Positions 9,694-22,532 of a stretch of DNA of 64,000 nt are shown here, piece after piece. The translations under genes and the position numbers were made by a program. Source of the stretch: a bacterium (GTDB lineage Bacteria; Zhuqueibacterota; Zhuqueibacteria; Residuimicrobiales; Krinioviventaceae); the NCBI GenBank assembly GCA_963674595.2, contig CAXXFV010000006.1:32001-96000 (forward strand). Direction: 5' to 3'. The stretch's first letter is position 1, and the number at the start of each line of letters is the position of its first letter. The notes beneath the pieces were generated by a model. That model did not search any database, was not told where the DNA came from, and worked only from the letters and a program-made list of their open reading frames with translations.

Positions 9694-11229
9694 ATGTCAA
9701 TTTCTAATAATATGAATAAAATTCCCACCCCTGATGAACTTCGTAAAGATGTTTCTGATTTTTTGAAAAGCCGATATGGTGATAAAGTCGTTGTCCCTCC
9801 GGAACCGGATGCTGTTGGAAATGAACCCGGAGAAAAAAAAGAAACACCTAAAAAAACGACACAGATCAACTTTGATCTCAAACCGACAGAGCTTGAAAGT
9901 TATTTAAACCAATATATTGTTGGTCAGGATGACGCTGTTGAAGTGCTTTCTACAAAAATCTGTACACATTTTAATCGAATGAAATATGAAATGTCTATAG
10001 AGGGTGATAGTGAGTTAATCGGTAATATTAAAAGTAATGTTTTGATGATCGGACCAACCGGTGTTGGTAAAACATTTTTATTAAAACTGATTGCTAAAAA
10101 ACTTGGCGTGCCATTTGTTAAGGGTGATGCTACTAAATTTAGCGAGACCGGATATGTTGGTGGTGATGTAGAAGACCTGGTGAGAAATTTAGTACATGAG
10201 GCCAACGGAGATATTCATCTGGCTGAATACGGAATCGTGTATCTTGACGAGATCGATAAAATTGCTTCCAGCGGTAACGGTTATGGACCGGATGTTTCTC
10301 GCGGTGGGGTTCAGCGAAATTTACTGAAACTCATGGAAGAGGCAGAAGTGGATTTGAAAACACCTCACGACCTTGCCTCGCAAATGGAAGCTGCCATGGA
10401 AGCCCAGCGGACCGGTAAGGTGGACCGGAAAAAGATCAATACAAAAAATATTTTGTTTGTTATGAGCGGTGCTTTTTCAAATTTGCCTGATATTATTCGT
10501 CGCCGGTTGAATCAGCAACCGATAGGTTTTAAAAATAAAACAGAGGCAACCGATTTGGATGATTCAAATATCCAGATTTTGAAAAATGTTCGTTCCGAAG
10601 ATTTGATTCGTTTTGGTTTCGAGTCCGAATTTATCGGGAGATTACCTGTTGTTGTTACTTTAAATGATCTGGATGTTGAAGGATTATATCAGATATTGAA
10701 AAATCCCAACAGTACCGTTATTTTGGGCAAAAAACGTGATTTTAAGGCCTATGGAATTGATGTCGATTTTTCCGATAAAGCTTTATATCGTGTTGCTGAA
10801 CTTGCCAATGAGGAACATACAGGAGCACGAGGGCTTGTCAGTGTTGTTGACAGGGCATTGTTGAAATATGAAAAGGTGCTTCCGGATACGACGATAGAAA
10901 AATTTACAGTAAATGATGATATGATTGAAAATCCATTGCCCGAACTTGAAAAGATAATGACAAATTTTTATATTAAAAGTTTTCAAAAACGATTTTTGGC
11001 AACAAACGGTATTGTTATTATCTTTACGGAAGAAGCTGTGCAATTGTTAAATGAGCAGGCAAAAAAGGATGGCAGAAACCTGGAAGAAGAGTGTGCGAAC
11101 CTGTTACGGGATTATGAATATGGTTTGAAATTGTTGAAATGTGATGAATTTACTGTTGACGGAGAAATTGTTAGAAATCCCAAAGAACGGCTTGAAGAAT
11201 TGATTAAAAAGAATTACGAAAAACATTAA
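9694..11229 (+). CDS. ClpX-like AAA+ ATPase lacking the N-terminal zinc finger, with a C-terminal extension
   Basis: GPTGVGKT, DATKFSETGYVG, YLDEIDK, PIGF loop, EFIGRLP, GARGL. Confidence 0.85.
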   Translation: MSISNNMNKIPTPDELRKDVSDFLKSRYGDKVVVPPEPDAVGNEPGEKKETPKKTTQINFDLKPTELESYLNQYIVGQDDAVEVLSTKICTHFNRMKYEMSIEGDSELIGNIKSNVLMIGPTGVGKTFLLKLIAKKLGVPFVKGDATKFSETGYVGGDVEDLVRNLVHEANGDIHLAEYGIVYLDEIDKIASSGNGYGPDVSRGGVQRNLLKLMEEAEVDLKTPHDLASQMEAAMEAQRTGKVDRKKINTKNILFVMSGAFSNLPDIIRRRLNQQPIGFKNKTEATDLDDSNIQILKNVRSEDLIRFGFESEFIGRLPVVVTLNDLDVEGLYQILKNPNSTVILGKKRDFKAYGIDVDFSDKALYRVAELANEEHTGARGLVSVVDRALLKYEKVLPDTTIEKFTVNDDMIENPLPELEKIMTNFYIKSFQKRFLATNGIVIIFTEEAVQLLNEQAKKDGRNLEEECANLLRDYEYGLKLLKCDEFTVDGEIVRNPKERLEELIKKNYEKH

Positions 11230-11287
11230 TTGTTACAGCCACACATAAATCAAAACATTATTTATTTTATTGACAAGGGATAATAGT

Positions 11288-11788
11288 ATGGATGTATTTG
11301 ACGCAATAAATAATAGGGCCAGTGTACGGACATTTAAAAATTTATCGGTATCCCGGGAAGATGTAAATGCCCTGATTGATGCCGGACGCCGGGCGCCTTC
11401 CGGACGTAATGTGCAGCCCTGGGAATTTGTGGTTATAACCGATGAAGAAATGCGGGTAAAAATAGCTGATATAACCAATTACGGAAAATTTATAGCTCAG
11501 GCCCCGGTTTGTATCGCTGTTTATTGTGAAGATACGAAATACTATTTGGAAGATGGTTGTGCGGCTGTTCAAAACATTTTGCTGGCAGCAACCGGTTTAG
11601 GTCTCGGCGCCTGCTGGGTTGCCGGTGATAAAAAACCGTATACGGGCGAAATCAATTCCTTGTTAAACGTTCCTGTTGTTTATAATTTGGTTGCTTTGAT
11701 TGCTGTCGGCCATCCGGATTCGCCTGTAAAAATTAAAGAGAAAAAATCTCTGGAAAACGTTTTACACTGGGAAAAATTTCGGCGCTAA
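11288..11788 (+). CDS. Nitroreductase family protein
   Basis: AI..RASVR.F, APSG.N.QPWEFVV, QNILLAA..LGLG.CW; probable ATG at 11288. Confidence 0.88.
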   Translation: MDVFDAINNRASVRTFKNLSVSREDVNALIDAGRRAPSGRNVQPWEFVVITDEEMRVKIADITNYGKFIAQAPVCIAVYCEDTKYYLEDGCAAVQNILLAATGLGLGACWVAGDKKPYTGEINSLLNVPVVYNLVALIAVGHPDSPVKIKEKKSLENVLHWEKFRR

Positions 11789-13629
11789 TGTTAATCCTGT
11801 CGAAACAACTGGAATTAAAACTGGCGCATCTTTCCACAAAACCGGGAGTTTACCAGTTTAAAGATAAAAGTGGGGGAATCATATACATCGGCAAAGCCAA
11901 GTCGCTGCGGAACAGGGTACGGTCATATTTTCAGCAGTCACGCAAAGTGGATGCAAAACTGTCTCGTTTGGTATCTAGAATACATGATCTCGAAGTCATC
12001 GTAACGGATTCCGAGGTTGAGGCTTTAATTTTGGAGGCCAATCTTGTTAAAGAGCACAAGCCCAGATATAATATTAATCTTAAAGATGATAAAAGCTTTC
12101 CCTATATTCGTGTGACCAATGAGCGGTTTCCACGCATTTTTCCAACGCGAAAAATTATCCGCGATGGATCACAATATTTTGGGCCTTATACAGATGTTCA
12201 AAGCATGCGTATGCTTTTAAAAACGATCAAGCGAATTTTTGCTGTTAGGACCTGTAACTACGATCTTGTTCAGGAAAAAATAGACCAGGGCAAGTTCAAG
12301 CTTTGTTTAAATTATCATATTAAAAGATGCTATGGGCCGTGCGAGGGTTTGATCGATGAAAAAGAGTACAATAATGTAATCGCCTATGTCATAAATTTCA
12401 TTAAAGGCCATACAAAACAAATTGAACACGATATCCGCGACCATATTGCGGAATTGGCGGCCCAGCTCCGTTTTGAGGAGGCCGCACGCTTGCGGGATCA
12501 GTTGAACTTTATTGAGATATTTCAACAAAAACAAAAGGTTGTGGACCAGTCTTTAACAGACCGAGACCTGCTTGCTGTTTCAACGGAAGCCGATGATTCC
12601 TGTTGTGTTGTGTTTAAAATACGTGATGGCAGGATTATTGCGAGACAACATTATTATTTAAACGGCGTTCAGGATGAAACCAAAGAAGCTGTTGTTACCG
12701 CTTTTTTAAAACAGTATTATTTAAAAAATGAAGAAATTCCCGGAGAAGTGATGCTGCCGGTTGAAATTGGCGATGAAATAAAAACGATAAATACCTGGCT
12801 TTTACAGAAAAGAAATGCCGAGATCAAATTTTCTCATCCTGTAAGAGGTGCAAAAGCGCATTTGTTGAAAATGTGTGAAAAAAATGCCAAGTTGTTACTG
12901 GATGAATTGAAGCTTGAAAAAATGCAATCGCCTGATTATATTACCAATTCTGTAAAAGCATTGCAAAGTGATTTAAAATTGGAACACCCGCCAAAACGAA
13001 TAGAGGGATTTGATATTTCAAATATCCAGGGAACGAACCCTGTTGCCTCTATGGTTTGTTTTGTAAACGGAGTTGCTAAAAAATCAGAATACCGGCGTTT
13101 TAAAATTCAATCAAAACAAACCCCGGACGATTTTTTAATGATGAAAGAGGCGGTATTTCGCCGGTACTCCCGTTTATTAAGGGAAAATAAATCACTACCT
13201 GATTTAATACTTATTGACGGCGGCAAAGGTCAGTTGAACGCTGCTTTACAGGGTTTGCATGAAGCCGGTGTTGAAAATATGCCGATTGCAGCCCTGGCAA
13301 AACGACTGGACGAGATTTTTGTTCCCGGATTTTCAGACCCGCAAAATATAAAACGCGGATCAGCCGGTTTGCACCTTTTACAGCGAATCCGTGATGAAGC
13401 ACACCGGTTTGCCGTTACATATCACAGGGCATTGCGAAAACAACGAACCCTGGTTTCTGTCCTGGAAAAAATACCGGGAGTCGGAGGGAAGCGAAGGGAC
13501 CTTTTATTAAAACATTTTGGTTCCGTAAAAAAAATAAAATCAGCACCAATGGAAGAAATTGAAAAAGTCGATGGCATTTCCAGTGAACTTGCTCGGGAAA
13601 TATATCTTTTTTTCAATCCAAAACAATAG
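11788..13629 (+). CDS. uvrC: Excinuclease ABC subunit C
   Basis: GIY-YIG start PGVY..K..IIYIGKAK.LR.RV, FDISN, PDLILIDGGKGQL, IRDEAHRFA, HhH motif IPGVG. Confidence 0.96.
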   Translation: MLILSKQLELKLAHLSTKPGVYQFKDKSGGIIYIGKAKSLRNRVRSYFQQSRKVDAKLSRLVSRIHDLEVIVTDSEVEALILEANLVKEHKPRYNINLKDDKSFPYIRVTNERFPRIFPTRKIIRDGSQYFGPYTDVQSMRMLLKTIKRIFAVRTCNYDLVQEKIDQGKFKLCLNYHIKRCYGPCEGLIDEKEYNNVIAYVINFIKGHTKQIEHDIRDHIAELAAQLRFEEAARLRDQLNFIEIFQQKQKVVDQSLTDRDLLAVSTEADDSCCVVFKIRDGRIIARQHYYLNGVQDETKEAVVTAFLKQYYLKNEEIPGEVMLPVEIGDEIKTINTWLLQKRNAEIKFSHPVRGAKAHLLKMCEKNAKLLLDELKLEKMQSPDYITNSVKALQSDLKLEHPPKRIEGFDISNIQGTNPVASMVCFVNGVAKKSEYRRFKIQSKQTPDDFLMMKEAVFRRYSRLLRENKSLPDLILIDGGKGQLNAALQGLHEAGVENMPIAALAKRLDEIFVPGFSDPQNIKRGSAGLHLLQRIRDEAHRFAVTYHRALRKQRTLVSVLEKIPGVGGKRRDLLLKHFGSVKKIKSAPMEEIEKVDGISSELAREIYLFFNPKQ

Positions 13630-13700
13630 ATAAAAATTCGTATTTATCATCCAAGCTGAAAATACTTTAGAAAAACTTGTTGGAGATGATTGAGGAGCAG

Positions 13701-14990
13701 ATGATGAAAAAAATACTATTTTCACTTTTACTATACCTTGTATACATGGGCTGTGCCGGAAGCGGTTCTTTCGAACAGTCATCACCTGATACCTATAAAG
13801 AAATAGAATTAGCCATTAAATTGGACCCTAAAAATGCGGACCTTTATGTTGATTTGGGAAAATTGCATCGCGAAAATTCGGATTATGAAAACGCAATAAA
13901 GAATTATAATACTGCTTTAAACTTGCATCCGGGATATAACCCGGCTTTGGTTGAAAAAGGTTATGTTTTTTGGGCACAGGAAAAATACCGGGATGCTTTA
14001 GATTGTTTTAATACCGTTTTATATAGCTACCAGGCAAAGCAATATGCCGATTCCATCGCTGCTTTTATTGGTTTGCCCTTTGAAATTAAACAAGTGAGTG
14101 ACGGCATTGGCAATAATGCTTTTCCGTCCTGTTCTCCCGGCGGTGATAAACTTTTGTTCCAATCCAACCGAAGCGGTAATTGGGAAATTTACTGGATGGA
14201 CCTGGCAAGCCGGAAGGTCAAACAATTGACGAAAAACGGGGCTCGTAATGAAACACCTGTATTTCATAAAGACGGTGAAACTTTTGCCTATACTTCAACA
14301 GTTGATGATACGGTAAATATCCGTATAGAAGATATGGTTAGAGAAATTTATATGGGTAATATTTACAATTTCAAACCGTTACGCGTAACGCACAATTTAG
14401 TGGATGACTGGAACCCAATGTTTTCGAAATACCAGGATATTTTATATTACACCTCGCGTGAAAAGGTAAATGATATGGATGAATCTATTAGTGTTCATGC
14501 TTATCAATTAGCCACTCAACAAAGCAATAAAGTGTGGCAAGACAGTATATCTCTTTCTCTTGGAGATATGGTTTGCGAAAATACTTTTTATTATTCCAAA
14601 AAGAATCCCAATAAATTTAATATTTATCACAAAGACATGCTGACCGGGACAGAACAAAAAATACCCGCAACAGACGGCGATAATGTTGGCGCCAGAGTGT
14701 TTAATAACGGTTCGAAAATGGTGTTTTTTGCCAAGGTTGATCAAAATTATGATATTTATATAAAAGATCTGACCTCGGGAACGGTAAAAAAACTGACCTG
14801 TTCACCTGATATTGATGCTTTCCCCGATGTCACGTCGAATGGAAAAATTTATTTTCACAGTAACCGTAACGGCAGTTATCAAATTTATCAAATAGACCCG
14901 GCAAAAAGAGCTTCTGTAGATAATGTTCGAAAGACATTGCGTAAGGTTGTTTTGAACATAGAAAAGAAAAAAATAGAAAGTGGTTCCTAG
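13701..14990 (+). CDS. Putative lipoprotein with TPR repeats and a TolB-like (PD40) beta-propeller
   Basis: Lipobox-like VYMGC; TPRs (LDPKNADLY, LHPGY); PD40-like motifs FQSNRSGNWEIY and FHSNRNGSYQIY. Confidence 0.7.
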   Translation: MMKKILFSLLLYLVYMGCAGSGSFEQSSPDTYKEIELAIKLDPKNADLYVDLGKLHRENSDYENAIKNYNTALNLHPGYNPALVEKGYVFWAQEKYRDALDCFNTVLYSYQAKQYADSIAAFIGLPFEIKQVSDGIGNNAFPSCSPGGDKLLFQSNRSGNWEIYWMDLASRKVKQLTKNGARNETPVFHKDGETFAYTSTVDDTVNIRIEDMVREIYMGNIYNFKPLRVTHNLVDDWNPMFSKYQDILYYTSREKVNDMDESISVHAYQLATQQSNKVWQDSISLSLGDMVCENTFYYSKKNPNKFNIYHKDMLTGTEQKIPATDGDNVGARVFNNGSKMVFFAKVDQNYDIYIKDLTSGTVKKLTCSPDIDAFPDVTSNGKIYFHSNRNGSYQIYQIDPAKRASVDNVRKTLRKVVLNIEKKKIESGS

Positions 14991-14993
14991 TAG

Positions 14994-15293
14994 CTACATT
15001 TTCATGTTCAAATCTTTTAAAATGTCTTCAAATTTTTTGGGCTGGGTTTTAAAATATTCGATTGTGGAAATAAATTCTTCTTTTGTAAAATTGTGCTGAT
15101 TTAATATAGAATCAAAAACGGTTGAGGCAAATTCTTTTTCCTGTTTATCAGTTGGTTTTGTTGTTGCTAAAAGATAATCCTGATAAACCTCTATGAATTT
15201 TTCCAGCTTTTCATCGCTAATCGTTTGTTGTTCTTGTTTTTTACCGCAATTTAAAAACAAAAAAAGAGTTAAAATAAATAATATGATTCTCAT
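14994..15293 (-). CDS. Small putative lipoprotein (DUF4296-like)
   Basis: Lipobox FLNC; SIL..HNFT.EEF..TIEYF..QP pattern. Confidence 0.5.
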   Translation of the reverse strand: MRIILFILTLFLFLNCGKKQEQQTISDEKLEKFIEVYQDYLLATTKPTDKQEKEFASTVFDSILNQHNFTKEEFISTIEYFKTQPKKFEDILKDLNMKM

Positions 15294-15453
15294 ATTTCCT
15301 CCGGGAAAATCCTCAAAAATCTAAACAAATAATCTGAGATAGTCAAGTTTGCAATTTAAAAATGGCTTGATTTTAAGTTGGAATTTTGATACTTTTTTCT
15401 GCTAAACTAAAAGTGTGAAATTTCAATTGCTTGTAAGGATCCTGTCTTAAAAG

Positions 15454-17966
<2,513 letters not shown>

Positions 17967-17998
17967 AAAATCGTTAACCAACAAAATCCGGAGGAATT

Positions 17999-18343
17999 GT
18001 GAATTCATTATTTATGTTTGTTTTAGCAATGGCTGGTTCATCTCAGCAGGGTGGACAAGGTGGAAATCCGATTGGCGCTTTATTACCTATTATTTTAATT
18101 TTCGGTATTATGTATTTGTTAATTTTCCGCCCGCAGGCAAAAAAGCAAAAAGAACACAAAAAAATGCTGGAAAGCGTTGAAAAAGGTGATAACATTGTAA
18201 CAATCGGTGGAATTTACGGAACAGTTGTCGGTTTGAAAAAAGACAATACCGTCATGATTGTAAAAATTGCCGATAATGTTAAAGTTGAAATGACACGCAG
18301 TTCAATCGCCCGTAAAATCGTGGCTGAAGAAGAAAAAAACTAG
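17999..18343 (+). CDS. yajC: Preprotein translocase subunit YajC
   Basis: YLLIFRPQ.KKQK, KGD.IVTIGGIYG; follows tgt. Confidence 0.92.
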   Translation: MNSLFMFVLAMAGSSQQGGQGGNPIGALLPIILIFGIMYLLIFRPQAKKQKEHKKMLESVEKGDNIVTIGGIYGTVVGLKKDNTVMIVKIADNVKVEMTRSSIARKIVAEEEKN

Positions 18344-18347
18344 TATT

Positions 18348-19272
18348 ATGAAAATTGTTTTTATGGGAACACCTGATTTTGCTGTTCCCTCTTTAAAAAT
18401 TCTTGCTCAACACCATCAGGTATGCGCTGTTGTCACAGTGCCGGATAAACCTGCGGGCCGCGGGCAAAAAATGCGTCAAAGCGACATTAAAAAAACGGCG
18501 ATTGCTTTAAACATTCCGGTCCTTCAGCCGGAAAGTCTCAAGGACCCGGATTTTATCGAGCAATTAAAGTCTTTTAATGCAGAACTGTTTTTTGTTGTCG
18601 CTTTTCGAATTTTACCGGCAGTTGTTTTTACGCTTCCTTCCAAAGGAACGATCAACCTGCATGCATCGCTGCTGCCTTCTTTTAGAGGAGCGGCGCCGAT
18701 TAACTGGGCTCTGATAAACGGTGAAAAGCAGACCGGTGTGACCACATTTTTCATTGAAGAAAAAGTCGATACCGGTAAAATATTGCTGCAGCAATCCCTT
18801 GACATTACACCAAATATGACGGCCGGAGAGCTGCATGATGCTTTAGCAGAGCTGGGCGCAGAGGTTGTTTTAAAACACCGTGAACGGTATTGATAATGAA
18901 ACGCTATCAGCCGTAATACAGGAAGGTACGGTTACCCAGGCCCCGAAAATTACCAAAGAGATATGTGAAATTGATTGGAGCAAATCTGCCCTTGATATTC
19001 ATAATTTTATTCGAGGATTGTCGCCTTATCCGGCTGCTTTTACCTGGTACAAAAATAAAAATCTGAAAATTACAAAGTCTTTGCTGCATAACCAAGATAA
19101 ATCCGGTCAGCCTGGTGAAATTGTAAACATTGAAAAAAATGGGCCTGTTTATATTCAAACAGGGCAGGGTATTGTTGCTGTTTTGGAAATCAAGCCTGAA
19201 GGGAAAAAAATCATGTCTGCGGCTGATTTTGTTCGGGGGTATCGTCTTGAACCCGGCGAGACTTTGGGCTGA
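18348..19272 (+). pseudogene. fmt: Methionyl-tRNA formyltransferase, split by an apparent +1 frameshift near 18876 (real or assembly error)
   Basis: N-part MKIVFMGTPDFA, INLHASLLP..RGAAPI (18348-18893); C-part APKITKE..EIDW, IRGLSPYP, PEGKK.M.A.DF.RG (18880-19272). Confidence 0.85.
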
Positions 19273-19275
19273 TTT

Positions 19276-20622
19276 ATGGTAAAACCTGCACCAAATGCGA
19301 AATCCGTACGTTTACATTCTCTTGAAATTTTAAAAAGAATAGAGTTTGATGGCGCTTATACGGACCTTGTTCTTTCACAACTGTTCAGGAATGATGAAAT
19401 ACCTGCAAAAGACCGTGCCTTTATTTCGGAACTAATTCGGGGAACGGTCCGTTGGAAGAAATATCTGGACTGGATTGTCGGTCACTTTTGGCAGGATGGC
19501 CGCAAAAAACTGGATAAAAACATTCGGCTTGTGCTTTGGATGGGTCTTTATCAGTTGGCGTTTATGCGTGTACCGGAATTTGCCGCCGTGAATGAAAGCG
19601 TTGAACTGGCGAAAAAAATAGCCGGCAAACCGTGGCCCGGTATTGTGAATGCTATTTTAAAAAATTTTCTTCGTAATAAAAGTAAAATCAAACTTCCGGA
19701 CCGTCAGCAGAAACCTGTGCAATATCTGGCTGTTAAATACAGTCATCCTGAGTGGCTGGTGGAGCACTGGTTAAAAAGAATGGAGGTTGTGCAGGTTGAG
19801 GCGCTTTGTAAAGCGAATAATGAAATTCCTCAATTAACGGTCCGTTATAATTCTTTAAATAAAAGTTGTTCAGATTTTGAAAATATTTTAAATGAGAATG
19901 GTGTTGAATTTTCTAAAGGAGATATTGACGGTTTTTATAAAGTAAAGAATTTAACCTATACTATTCAGCTTGAGTTGATGCAAAAAGGATTACTGACGGT
20001 TCAGGACCAAAGTGCGGGCATACCGGCGCTTTTGGCAGCGCCCAAACCCGGACAACGAATTTTAGATGTCTGCGCCGCACCGGGAGGCAAGTCTGTTTTC
20101 CTTGCCGAACTGTCCAATGATCAGGCTGTTATTATAGCCGGTGATTTAAATTTTTCACGCATAAAGCTGATAAAGGAAACGTCTCAACGGTTAAGTTTGA
20201 ATTCCATAAAAACTGTTCAGGCCGATGCAGCCTGTTTTCCGGCTAAACAAGCTGATATTGTTATGGTCGATGCGCCCTGTTCCGGTCTGGGAGTTCTGGC
20301 AAAAAAGCCGGATATTCGCTGGCAGCGTTCGCTTAATGATATTTACGAATTATCAAAATTACAGCTTTTATTATTGGAAAAAAATTTACAACTTGTTAAA
20401 CCAGGTGGTTTTCTAGTTTACAGCACATGTACCATTGAACCAACTGAAAATGAACATGTCATTGAAAAATTTTTAAAAAAACACCAGAATTGTGAAATCA
20501 TTCCTCCTGACAGGGATTTGGTACCATCATCATTGGTAGATTCTAAAAACATGGTACATACTTGTCCGGGAAAAAATAATATGGATGGAAGTTTTTCAGT
20601 TAAAATTAAAGTAAAAACATGA
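19276..20622 (+). CDS. rsmB: 16S rRNA (cytosine967-C5)-methyltransferase RsmB
   Basis: NusB-like N-terminus, YSHPEW, VQD, DVCAAPGGK, VDAPCSGLG, VYSTCT. Confidence 0.93.
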   Translation: MVKPAPNAKSVRLHSLEILKRIEFDGAYTDLVLSQLFRNDEIPAKDRAFISELIRGTVRWKKYLDWIVGHFWQDGRKKLDKNIRLVLWMGLYQLAFMRVPEFAAVNESVELAKKIAGKPWPGIVNAILKNFLRNKSKIKLPDRQQKPVQYLAVKYSHPEWLVEHWLKRMEVVQVEALCKANNEIPQLTVRYNSLNKSCSDFENILNENGVEFSKGDIDGFYKVKNLTYTIQLELMQKGLLTVQDQSAGIPALLAAPKPGQRILDVCAAPGGKSVFLAELSNDQAVIIAGDLNFSRIKLIKETSQRLSLNSIKTVQADAACFPAKQADIVMVDAPCSGLGVLAKKPDIRWQRSLNDIYELSKLQLLLLEKNLQLVKPGGFLVYSTCTIEPTENEHVIEKFLKKHQNCEIIPPDRDLVPSSLVDSKNMVHTCPGKNNMDGSFSVKIKVKT

Positions 20623-21398
20623 AAAAAATATCAATTAAAAAACAAGGCATTATCAAGTTTTTAAAAATATCCAGTATTACACTGGTGAGCATCATCATAC
20701 TTTTTTGTCTGTTTGATTGGTTTATAATGCCCATTTACACACGTCATTGGAATGCCGTAGATGTTCCCAATGTCACGCATTTAAGCTTTGATGCGGCTAA
20801 GAAAATTTTGAATAAAGCCGGGCTTGAGGCTGTTAAAGGCAGTGAAAAGTTTGATGAAAATTATCCGCCGGGTTTTGTATTATTTCAAAATCCGGAGGCA
20901 AGTTTTAGTGTTAAAAAAGGACGGCGTATATATTTGACCATAGGAAAAGGTCAGCGTACTTTTGAAATGCCGAAATTGGTTGGGATTTCCGAAAGAGATG
21001 CCAAATTTGTTCTTGCTCAAAACAACCTCAAAGTTGGTCAAATTACCTATGAAAGTGATGATTTTTATCCGGAAGGAGTTGTTTCCGAACAATCGGTTAA
21101 AGAAAATCATCTTGTTGCTGTCAGAGAAAAAATTTCCCTTACAGTTAGCCTGGGTGGAGAGCCGACAGAATTTATTGTGCCGGATATTATCGGCAAATCT
21201 AAAGATGATGCTGTTGTACGCATCATCAAAGCCGGTTTGACTTTGGGAGAAATTAAATTTCAGGCAACAAACAAACTATTGCCCAATACGGTCATTGATC
21301 AATCTTTGGAAGCCGGACTTGATGTACAAAAGGGAGATACGTTGGCGATTATTGTCAGTAAACTGCCCCAGTTAAAGGAGGATGAAATAAAGTGGTAA
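20619..21398 (+). CDS. Membrane-anchored protein with three PASTA domains (no kinase domain)
   Basis: One TM, then repeats beginning VPNVT, MPKLVG, VPDIIG, each with a V..Q..(G) pattern. Confidence 0.85.
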   Translation: MKKISIKKQGIIKFLKISSITLVSIIILFCLFDWFIMPIYTRHWNAVDVPNVTHLSFDAAKKILNKAGLEAVKGSEKFDENYPPGFVLFQNPEASFSVKKGRRIYLTIGKGQRTFEMPKLVGISERDAKFVLAQNNLKVGQITYESDDFYPEGVVSEQSVKENHLVAVREKISLTVSLGGEPTEFIVPDIIGKSKDDAVVRIIKAGLTLGEIKFQATNKLLPNTVIDQSLEAGLDVQKGDTLAIIVSKLPQLKEDEIKW

Positions 21399-22051
21399 AA
21401 ATAGCCCCGTCAATTTTAAGCGCTGATTTTTCGAAATTACCAGAACAGATTGATGCCATCAACAAGAGCAGCGCTGACTGGATTCATCTTGATATTATGG
21501 ATGGAAATTTTGTCCCCAATATTACTTTTGGGCCGCTTGTTGTTAAAGGTGTGCGTAAATTATCCTCCTTGCCGCTGGATGTTCACCTGATGATAGCAAA
21601 CCCGGATGATTACATTGATGACTTTTATAAGGCCGGTGCGGATATTATTACTGTCCATTATGAAACCTGTACCCATTTATGGCGGACTTTGGAGTATATA
21701 AAGAGTTTGAATATTAAAGCCGGTGTTACCTTGAATCCGGCCACACCCGTAAATTTATTGGACCCGGTCCTGGACCTGGTTGATATGGTGCTTATTATGT
21801 CTGTTGAGCCTGGATTCGGCGGACAGAAATTTATTCCAGAGATGATGGAAAAAGCCGCTTATTTACACAACAAAAAGATTGAAAAAAAATTGAATTTTGA
21901 TATTGAAATTGACGGCGGTATTGATCCGGAAACGGCTCCATTGGTAGTTGAAAAAGGTGTTAATATTCTTGTTGCCGGCAGTTTTGTTTTTAAAAATAAC
22001 CAAATTGAGCAGAATATAAAATCTCTTCGGGACTCGATTTCCGGGAGATAA
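21392..22051 (+). CDS. rpe: Ribulose-phosphate 3-epimerase
   Basis: IAPSILSADF, HLDIMDG.FVPN, DVHLM, MSVEPGFGGQ, IDGG, VAGS. Confidence 0.96.
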   Translation: MVKIAPSILSADFSKLPEQIDAINKSSADWIHLDIMDGNFVPNITFGPLVVKGVRKLSSLPLDVHLMIANPDDYIDDFYKAGADIITVHYETCTHLWRTLEYIKSLNIKAGVTLNPATPVNLLDPVLDLVDMVLIMSVEPGFGGQKFIPEMMEKAAYLHNKKIEKKLNFDIEIDGGIDPETAPLVVEKGVNILVAGSFVFKNNQIEQNIKSLRDSISGR

Positions 22052-22070
22052 GAGCCAATTTAAATATCAC

Positions 22071-22099
22071 TTGCTTAATTTACAGCGAGTTGTTATATT
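22071..22099 (+). promoter_or_regulatory. Putative sigma70 promoter of the cold-shock gene
   Basis: TTGCTT-17 nt-TATATT with a TGn extended -10. Confidence 0.5.
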
Positions 22100-22157
22100 C
22101 ATCGTGATTAAATGTAGATATTATATTTTCAAGTAAACCACCAAGAGGAGAGCCCAA

Positions 22158-22358
22158 ATGCTTCGGGGCAAAGTAAAATGGTTTGATGAAACCAAAGGAT
22201 TTGGTTTTTTAGAACAAGAAGATGGCGATGATGTATTTGTACATTATACTGCCATTGAAATGGATGGGTTTAAAACTCTTAAAGAGGGAACGGAAGTAGT
22301 ATTTGAAGTAACAACCGGCGAACGTGGATTGCAGGCAACCAAAGTTACAACCGGTTGA
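22158..22358 (+). CDS. Cold-shock protein (CspA family)
   Basis: GKVKWF..KGFGF, DVFVHY; RBS GAGGAG upstream. Confidence 0.95.
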   Translation: MLRGKVKWFDETKGFGFLEQEDGDDVFVHYTAIEMDGFKTLKEGTEVVFEVTTGERGLQATKVTTG

Positions 22359-22382
22359 CTGCTGAAAATAGAATAACACATT

Positions 22383-22410
22383 AACCCCGCACTATGATTG
22401 TGGGGTTTTT
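22383..22410 (+). terminator. Rho-independent terminator after the csp gene
   Basis: AACCCCGCA-ctatgat-TGTGGGGTT followed by a T run. Confidence 0.75.
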
Positions 22411-22532
22411 AGTGTCTGATTTTACTTGATACCTGTCCGGAATTTACATAAAACTATGAAACCTTTTTTTTATCTTGTTGTATACTGAAAGTAAAATGAT
22501 TAATTAATATTTAAACTTGTCATGGAAGTTCT

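Noticed and set aside
20619-21398. PASTA protein without a kinase domain, as a truncated PknB
   Set aside because: Kinase-less PASTA membrane proteins are common in FCB-group bacteria; the ORF is intact and overlaps both neighbours
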